From: Callorhinchus milii
Taxonomy: Eukaryota
Assembly: GCF_018977255.1 (NCBI RefSeq)
Contig: NW_024704743.1
Span: 77,316,001-77,380,000, forward strand
DNA: 64,000 nucleotides
Reading direction: 5' to 3'
Each line of letters opens with the position of its first letter. Position 1 is the first letter of the stretch. The notes under the pieces are model-generated. The model saw only the letters and a program-made list of their open reading frames with translations, ran no database searches and was not told the origin of the DNA. A program made the position numbers and the translations under genes. Below, piece by piece: positions 63,285 through 64,000 of this stretch.

Positions 63285-64000
63285 TAAAACAGTCCTTAGT
63301 TTCTCACCTTTTAGAAAATATTCTGTTTTACTATTTTTGGATCCGTAATGGATGATCTCATGGTTTCCCACATTGAATTCCATCTGCCACAGTTTTGCCC
63401 ACTCACTTAACTCCCTTTGTAACTTCCTGCTCCCATCTACACAATTTACTGTGCCTCCTAACTTTGTGTCATCTGCAAATTTTGATATCAAACTCTCCTT
63501 TATCCCTACTCTCTGTTTCCTGCCTCCCAACCAATTACCAAGCCATATCGCAACATTACCTCTGATTCCATAAACTTTCATTTTTGCTAATAATCCACTT
63601 TTAAGAACTCCATCCCGCAGTCCCACTGTCTCGTCCCCTCCCTCGCCACCTTCAAGACCCACCTCAAGACCCTCCTCTTCGACCATGCTTTCGATCTCCT
63701 TTCTTCCTCTCCTGCCCTCCCCCCACCCCGACCCTCAGCTCGGGTCCGTAACTCTGTCTGTCCCGCCCCTTGGATGTCCTCCTGAGTTGAAAGGTGCTAT
63801 ACAAGTGTCATTTTGTTGTTTTTGTTGTTGTGTGGAACCTTATCAAATGCCTTCTGAAAGTCCATTTAGATGACATCCATAGACACTCTCTTATCCACCA
63901 CGCGCGTGACCTCCTCAAAAAATTCAATTAGATTTGTCCGACATGACCTACACCTCACAAATCCATGCTGACGCTCTTTGATTAGCTCATACTTGTCCAA
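63285..64000 (-). mobile_element. CR1 RT fragment running off the window, interrupted by a plus-strand L2 3' end (~63604-63830)
   Basis: Minus peptides SQHGFV, DFQKAFDKVPH, WLGGRKQRVGI, ISKFADDTKLGG; the insert carries an L2 tail with (TTG)n. Confidence 0.9.

Noticed and set aside
62979..63686. 235-aa minus-strand ORF
   Set aside because: Chance read-through across antisense L2, deleted CR1 RT and SINE sequence.

Overview
Repeat-rich, apparently non-coding (intronic or intergenic) vertebrate DNA. The repeat set (CR1 and L2 LINEs, a young tRNA-headed SINE with an L2-type tail ending in (TTA)n, older Deu-domain SINEs, Penelope-type terminal relics) points to a cartilaginous fish, probably a chimaera/elephant-shark-like genome; this is inference. 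I found no intact protein-coding gene, rRNA, true tRNA or CRISPR array. Every convincing ORF is a decayed LINE fragment (reverse transcriptase, endonuclease or ORF1). Most notable: (1) a 934-bp TSD-flanked L2 derivative in which a promoter-like 5' end and the endonuclease N-terminus are fused directly to the 3' tail; (2) a young CpG-rich 23-bp palindromic minisatellite in two homogenised variants; (3) an unclassified multi-copy ~550-bp retroposon-like family; (4) a decayed minimal hammerhead motif in a Penelope-type relic; (5) a probable LTR with a degenerate PBS; (6) an old 180-bp duplication with a perfectly kept 21-mer; (7) several nested insertions, fold-back hairpins and repeat-poor enhancer-like islands. 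All coordinates and alignments were read by eye and boundaries are approximate. Nothing here is a proven new system.
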